A DNA stretch of 64,000 nucleotides, taken from Eledone cirrhosa. Taxonomy: Eukaryota. The stretch is from positions 114,204,001-114,268,000 of the forward strand of contig OZ024742.1 of NCBI GenBank assembly GCA_964016885.1. The letters are read 5' to 3'. Shown here piece after piece: positions 57,446 to 64,000 of the stretch (position 1 is its first letter; each line of letters starts with the position of its first letter). The position numbers were made by a program, and so were the translations under genes. The notes under the pieces were generated by a model. It saw only the letters and a program-made list of their open reading frames with translations, ran no database searches and was not told where the DNA came from.

Positions 57446-57471
57446 CATATATATCTGTATTTATCTATCCA

Positions 57472-57502
<31 letters not shown>

Positions 57503-58414
57503 GTATTTATATATATATATATATATATATTTCATTCTTTATGGGTGTGTGTAAATGTGTGTGGGAATGTGAATAAAAGTTAGTTTATATACCACTGTCG
57601 TTTCAATTCAAAATCTAACATGAAGTTTTGGAGAGTATTCCCTAACAACTTTCTCTGTCTTGATAAACTCTGCTGTTGATAGTTAATCGGTCGATAAATT
57701 AAGTAATACACCATGTATGCTAGATGGAAAGGTTATTTCGCAATATGTGTTACATTGCAGCAACTGTTTTGGATATATGTGGAATATGCTCAAATGAATT
57801 GTTCTTTCCTGAGAATCAGTAACACCTTAGCTAATAGTTACGGTCACCAAATGTTAATACCAATGAAAAAATCATTGTGCACAAAATTAAATTCTTAAGA
57901 ACTGGCAAATTAACTTCTTTCTTCTTCATTACTTCATTAAATCTATATTCATCTATTGCACAACTGTTATATCAAATTCTTCAGTGGGGTATATATGTAT
58001 TCTCATTTAACGACTTTTAGATGAAATTAGATTTAGCATCAGAAAATACCTCATGCATCCATTTATTCGACATCCTGGGATCAAGAATGCGAACGCTACA
58101 GAAAAGTACTTTCAATTAATCACAATTCAAAGCCCCTGTTCTATTCCGCTCCGCAATATTAGATTATACAGTTTTACAATAGCAAAAACATGAAATAAAA
58201 ATACTATTTACATTTAAACGCAATGTCTGACGACAATTAAATGGATAGTTGCGGCATAAAGATATCTGTAGGCATTCGAAATGTACATAACCTGTGATGT
58301 GAGCAACTGTAGATGAATATAAATATATATAAAAGCGTGAACCTAATAAACCTTTATTTGTCTTCTCTCTGATTTGTTCCCGTATAAATTTGCACTAATT
58401 ATATATATATATAT

Positions 58415-58580
58415 CGGAAAAATTATGACCCCGGCGGCAGAGCTCAAGCCATTTCGACGTCTATTTCTGGACTCTGCTGTCGGGGTCATACTTTTTCCTA
58501 ATTCCCACTCTCTCTACTACCCTAGTATTGAGTACTCTGGTGTGTTATGGTCCATCTGGTTCCTTACCACAATTCATTTT
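58415..58580. repeat. Collapsed family B remnant (both termini fused)
   Basis: atgaccccggcggcagag...ctctgctgtcggggtcat is inverted, followed by a match to 13393-13475. Confidence 0.65.
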
Positions 58581-58586
58581 TATATA

Positions 58587-58618
<32 letters not shown>

Positions 58619-58623
<5 letters not shown>

Positions 58624-59207
58624 ATGCTTTGGGAGGGTCATGTTGCCAATAAGAAACACACGCACCAGTTTCTTTCACTCCAATTTATTATAAGTTAAAT
58701 TTATGAATTTAAAAATGTATAAATTAATAAATTTCCGGTTGGATGGTTGGTTCCACAACCGGACGGTTGTTCATATATTGTCAAAGTTCTTTCGTCAAAC
58801 ATTATGTCACATCTTCAGTGACTGGGGATTATTTTCTTTGTTTTTGTGCCTCTCCTTTGTTCTGTCCTACGCCATCTTGTTTTGTGTGTACTGTGTGCTT
58901 AATTTGCGCATGTGTTACTTCCGGTTGTCTGTGTGTGTTTATATTTGTTTATTCATTTATTTACATGTTACTGGTTGGTTGATTGTTCTATGTGTGTGTG
59001 GTTTCATTTTGTCCTTAATTGTGAGTTGTGATGTTTCTATTCATTTCATGTGTGACGAAAGAACTTCGACAATATATTAACAACCGTCCGGTTGTGGAAC
59101 CAACCAACCAACCGGAAATTTATAAATTTATAAATTCTTAAATTGGAGTGAAAGCGACTGGTGCGTGTGTTTCTTGTTGGCAACATGACACTCCCAAAGC
59201 ATAACAA
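58619..59207. mobile_element. Family H element with ~160-180-bp inverted arms and degenerate HHR relics (58768-58801 minus, 59049-59082 plus)
   Basis: 58619-58801 is the reverse complement of 59049-59207. Motif reads tgt (G/T)TGACGA aagaactt(c/t) GACA atatat(t/g)A aca. Confidence 0.7.
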
Positions 59208-59620
59208 TATCGGTTTCAACACACGTTTTCAAATAAAGTATCTTCCTAAACAAATTCGGAAACGAAATATATATATATATATATATAAAAGAAAGATGAA
59301 TTCGAAAATGCAACTGGTGTCTTATTTTTAAAAAAATATATATATTTATTTGGTTCCTTTATCGGTTTCGCAGTTCTTCTGCATTTCAAAAGTAGAGTTG
59401 AGATGGAGGGTCTGTGGTTTTTCTCACATCTGGTTGGTCTCTGAATGTTACTTGTTCTATATTGAAAAAGTGGCTCGAAATGCCAGGTTTTTCGAGAAGT
59501 AATTTGATTGGTTGGTCAATAATTATGATAAATTTCGCGCCAGTTCGCGTTAGAACGGGGGGGGGGGTGTCACAGCTTGTTTTTTTCATATATAAGTGTT
59601 TGAATTTCTTTTTACTTAAA

Positions 59621-59920
59621 GAAAGGGGGGTTCACGAAGGCTTTTTTTCAATAAACGTAATTTGATTGGTTATAAATAAAATTATGGCTGTCACGTGAAC
59701 AAATTTACATTAAATATCGCGCCCTTATTTGGACATCTATTCTATAGCCTTTTTAGAAAGTGTTATGACAAGTAAAAGATAATGGTCAAGAGAAATTGGA
59801 TGGGAGAATTGTTCTGGTTCAGTGAATATGGTTAGTTCGCTGCGGTGACAGAATTCCGATTTTCTATTGAATAAAGAAAGTAAAGATATGTATGTTTATT
59901 TGTGAGTTTGTGTGTGTGTG

Positions 59921-59991
<71 letters not shown>

Positions 59992-60182
59992 GTGTGTGTT
60001 TGAATTTATTTTTACGTAAAAAAAGGGGGCTCACGAAGGCTTTTTTTTAATAAACGTAATTTGATTGGTTAAAAATGAAATTATGGTGTCACGTGAACAA
60101 GTTTTCATTAACTTTCCGTGCCCTTATTTGGAAATCTATTCTGTAGCCGCTTTAGAGAATTTTATGACAAGCAAAAGATTAA
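59621..60182 (+). repeat. ~160-bp direct repeat (59621-59782 and 60021-60182) separated by (TG)n
   Basis: aaagggggg.tcacgaaggcttttttt..aaacgtaatttgattggtt...tcacgtgaacaa occurs twice. Confidence 0.8.
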
Positions 60183-60246
60183 AAAAGAGTAAAAAACTAA
60201 CAGCAATCAAAAACATATATATATATATATTTATATATATATATAA

Positions 60247-60345
<99 letters not shown>

Positions 60346-60369
60346 TATACATATATGTATGTGTATATA

Positions 60370-60476
<107 letters not shown>

Positions 60477-60504
60477 TTAGATACATATATTTATATGTGT
60501 ATGT

Positions 60505-62530
60505 ATGTTCCCTTAAACCCCAGCCAGCTTAAGCGTATGAGGAAGCGCATATCGCACTTTTTTAAGCAACACGGCTTATCCGTGATGCTAGATCCTAGCA
60601 CTAACAGGGTGAATTTCCTTGACGCTAACCTGGAAATGAATACGGGCATACACCTACCTTATCACAAACCCAATGAGAACCTGCAATATGTGAACAGGCA
60701 ATCGAACCACCCCAAGTCAACCATAGAAGCAATAGTTAAAGGGGTATCAAAACGCATATCCACCCTATCGCCTAACGCGGGCGCTTTCTACCAGCACGCT
60801 GACTATCATAATGAGACACAGCGCAGGGCCGGTTACACAGAGACCATAGTGTACAACAAGGACAGGGAAGTGCCTAGCACCGAGGTATGCGGATACGACA
60901 ATAACAATAGCACATCCATAGGTAGACGAAACGACCCGGAACTAGCTTCCAGGAACACGAGTAGCAGCGTAGATCACCACAAAGACACAAGACGGACAAT
61001 AAGACAGACAAAGACACACACGGTCACCAGACCACCCAGTACACGTAGACCGAAGCCCGGCACGCTCACCACACGTGTTGTGGAAACTAGAACTAGGGGC
61101 AGAATTAGGACAAGTACGGATATGGAACCCGGTAGAGGGAACACCCGGCCCTGTAGCAATGATATAGCCCCTACAGCAGCACCACATAACATTAACGAGA
61201 CTAACAGTAGAGCCGACAATACAAAACGGAATACATCAGTAAGCGAACGGCGCAACCCCGACGTCCACGGTAGACATATAGATAGCTGCAACATAGGGGA
61301 CGAACTAACTGGCGGGAAAAACCCAGACGGACACCAGACCAAACACATATTCATGCCACTACACACACACGAAGGAACAAGACAAGGTCTCAGGCCGTTA
61401 CATGGTTTAACGTGCCGTATTCTAAGTATGTCTGCAGCAATGTACCAGGCCTCTTCTTCCGAGCGTTAGACGAGTGCTTCCCGCTCTCGAGCTGATACTA
61501 CAAGATTTCCAACCGCCACACGGTGAAGTTTTCCTTCTCCACCGCACCTAATATGGCCGACTATATGGCCAAAGCCAACGCGGCAAAGATGGGGAACCTC
61601 GACCGTCAAACGCGGCGGCCGATGACCATCAATGGGAGCCGAAGGGCCCCTAGCAGACTGGTTTTCCAACTACAACCCGTCTCTACGGCTGAAGACGATA
61701 CAATCCAACACCATGCGGAAATGAGTGGTGGAGGGGAAACCACCGTGTCGGGAGAAAAAACACCCTGAGTATCGGAAGAGGGCCGTGGAGGATCAAGGGC
61801 CAGGCCTCCGAAATGAACAATATAATGACAGAACGTGCAATTGCAGAGCGGGCACACAGTGCCCCCTGCAGGGAAGATGCATAATTAAAGGCCTGGTATG
61901 TAAATGTGTTGTTAGCATGCTCAGTATAAAGCTTACCTACATCGGCGCAACATCCAGGACCTTTAAATCGCGGATGTATAACCACATAAACTTTTTCAAG
62001 GACCGGACCAAGAGGCACTCTACTCGGTTGGCGGACCTGGTGTGGGACTTGAAAGACAAAGGCACCCGTACGCCCTAAACTATGGTATCTTTCGGCATGC
62101 TAATGGATGCTCGGCTGGAAATAGAAAATGTAGGTTATGCCAGTCCGAGGCCATGGAGATAGTCAGACTGAAGGATGATGCGGTCAACCTGAAATCGGAA
62201 ATAATCATGACGTGCAGACACCAGAGTAAGTGCACACTCTCCGCTTGGAATCCACCGGGCAGCCCAAGCTAAAGGCATGCGGCGGAGCGCACGCCGACCA
62301 GAGCGGTGAAATGGGTTCAAGAGATCAGACACCATACCCTGTTGACTCTATATACTCTGTGGGGTAAGCCGAAATAACCCAGGATGCCTAACCGACTCTG
62401 CATGTCATCCTAGGCAAGAACATCGCCTGAGCCGGGACAGGTTGACCCATATTCCATTGATATTAATACAAAGCCTTACACTAATAAGACATTATACTTT
62501 AACCACAGTGGCATACTCCAGTATGGCCGG
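60505..62530 (+). mobile_element. 5'-truncated, frameshifted Penelope-like element, Naiad-type (RT C-terminus, linker, GIY-YIG endonuclease, 3' UTR)
   Basis: [28 protein letters not shown]; [29 protein letters not shown]; CNCRAGTQCPLQGRC; TYIGATSRTFKSRMYNH..F; STRLADLVWDLK; KCRLCQSE..I..VNLKSEIIMTCRH. Confidence 0.9.
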
Positions 62531-62911
62531 TTCACAACTCCCCCGCATGTGAATATTTTTAGTAGAGAGTGCATACTCTCCGTGTATTCCATTTTGTAAC
62601 ACCTAATGTGTTTTCCGTGTACAGACCCATGTGTGCATCTCATACTTCACTTGTGTACTATCTCATATACGTACACGTTCCTTCTTTTTTTATATATATT
62701 CTGCACGCATTTTCTATTTACGGTGTGCGCAAACTATTTACTGTAATATCATGAACGCCCATTATGTGGCTTTGCGTGAAAATTCCATTTGTGGATTGAT
62801 CCATGTTCGCAACGTAACAACTTTCTCTGTAAACACATATAACTGGGCGCACCCTTTCATGTATAGATCACTGTGTATCTCTATGTGCCGTTATATGTAT
62901 AGTTTTACTGT

Positions 62912-63087
62912 GTGGTGGATTGACAGTATCGGTAGAGGGTCGAACGCCATGCTTTGATGCAAAGAGTTACGGCCCTTGCCATTCTGAGTTCAAATCCCGC
63001 CGAGGTTAACTTTGCCTTTCATCCTTACGGGGTCGATAACATAAAGTACCATTAATGCTGGCCTTGTGCCAAACGTAGAAACAGTTA
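62912..63087 (+). mobile_element. tRNA-derived SINE
   Basis: Same family as 52897-53088. Confidence 0.88.
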
Positions 63088-63616
63088 TATGTATATTTTT
63101 AATATATTTTATACTTTTTTATATATGTGTATATACGTATATGTGTATAAATATATATGTATATATGTGTGTGTATGTATTTTCTATATATGTACATGTT
63201 TATAACAAGATGCATCCTTTCATGTATGACCCGTTGTGTATCTTTATATGACTTTGTGTGTATATTCTATTCATGTATATATATATATGAATTCATGAAT
63301 TTGTTGAGTCTAAACAGATTACATACGTAGTATTGTAGGTATGTGTGTGTGTGTGTGTGTGTGTGAGCGCGAGAGCGCTTGTTTGTGCGTATGTATAAAA
63401 CCGAAAAGAACACGCAGCCTTTAAACATTATAATGGACATAATGGCAGGACAAATTACGCTCGCTTGAACAATAATACTTCATCACCACACTATAATAGA
63501 AAGAATGTTGCTGAATCATGTTGATTTTAATTCATTGGTCCTTCGATTTAACTATTCCATTTCCGTTCATTGCGGACATTTTGGAGCAAGTTGTACGTCT
63601 TCTCTGTTTATTTATT

Positions 63617-63721
63617 TTACCGAGCTTAACTTTGCCTTTCATCCTTACGGGGTCGATAAAATAAAGTACCAGTAATGTACTGGTAATTTGCTGGCCTTGT
63701 GCCAAATGTAGAAACAATTAT
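63617..63721 (+). mobile_element. SINE 3' fragment
   Basis: aactttgcctttcatccttacggggtcgataaaataaagtaccag...gtagaaac. Confidence 0.8.
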
Positions 63722-63843
63722 AGAATTATCTTCTTAATTTCATATGAAAGATTTTATTAAATTTATATAGATCATCATAGAAAGATCATTGATAGCTAAA
63801 ATATTATTGTATATATATATATACACACACTCATATATATATT

Positions 63844-64000
63844 TCCGACCGCACGGAACCCCTAGACCCACGGACAACATACTTCACACTGAAGGACCAT
63901 AAATCCGATTTTTACCGTAAACCCTCTATCAGGCTTATTAACCCAACGAAGTCCGACAGAGGGAGAATCAGCAAAAAAATCCTAGACCGCCTGATACCAA
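63844..64000 (+). mobile_element. Start of another Naiad-type Penelope-like RT fragment, running off the window
   Basis: Open frame SDRTEPLDPRTTYFTLKDHKSDFYRKPSIRLINPTKSDRGRISKKILDRLIP, containing the TLKDHK..F..P..RLINP.KS..G.ISK.ILD motif. Not in the ORF track. Confidence 0.8.

Noticed and set aside
54200-58350. Repeat-poor stretch as host coding exons
   Set aside because: Candidate splice-bounded segments I translated had stops in all frames, and no recognisable protein motif was found.
61493-61495. In-frame TGA in the Naiad ORF as possible selenocysteine (some Naiads are selenoproteins)
   Set aside because: The position does not correspond to a conserved Cys and is likely CGA>TGA decay. 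All conserved Cys here and in the 41-kb copy use TGC/TGT, and no SECIS was recognised.
62335-62380. Possible HHR in the Naiad 3' UTR (CTGTTGA...GAAA)
   Set aside because: The core is mismatched and no consistent stems I and III could be drawn.

Overview
AT-rich, microsatellite-dense eukaryotic DNA, most likely an octopod cephalopod. That assignment is inferred from the abundant tRNA-derived SINE family and the repeat landscape. There is no intact host gene, and almost all ORFs in the track are (TA)n/(TG)n/(GA)n translation noise. Recognisable decayed transposable elements: two head-to-tail R4/Dong-type REL retrotransposon 3' ends in (TAA)n; a Charlie/Buster-type hAT fragment; a full-length Tip100/ZMYM1-like hAT carrying a nested long-TIR foldback element with an 8-bp TSD; a DD37D maT element; an internally deleted mariner; an L1/Tx1 relic; three Naiad-type Penelope-like RT/GIY-YIG fragments; about 8 SINEs; and a 200-N gap. 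The main signal lies outside the ORF track. By eye I count 13 type I hammerhead ribozyme (HHR) motifs with an intact CUGANGA...GAAA...UH core, 4 variant-core copies (UUGAGAA/CUGAGAA) and about 10 degenerate relics. They belong to several unrelated sequence families. Most sit in short non-coding elements embedded in (TA)n with two inverted arms, each arm carrying an HHR that points outward. Some families also form partial tandem arrays, and a ~7.7-kb palindromic domain (24424-32152) contains six intact HHRs. All calls come from manual reading; no alignment, folding or database search was run.
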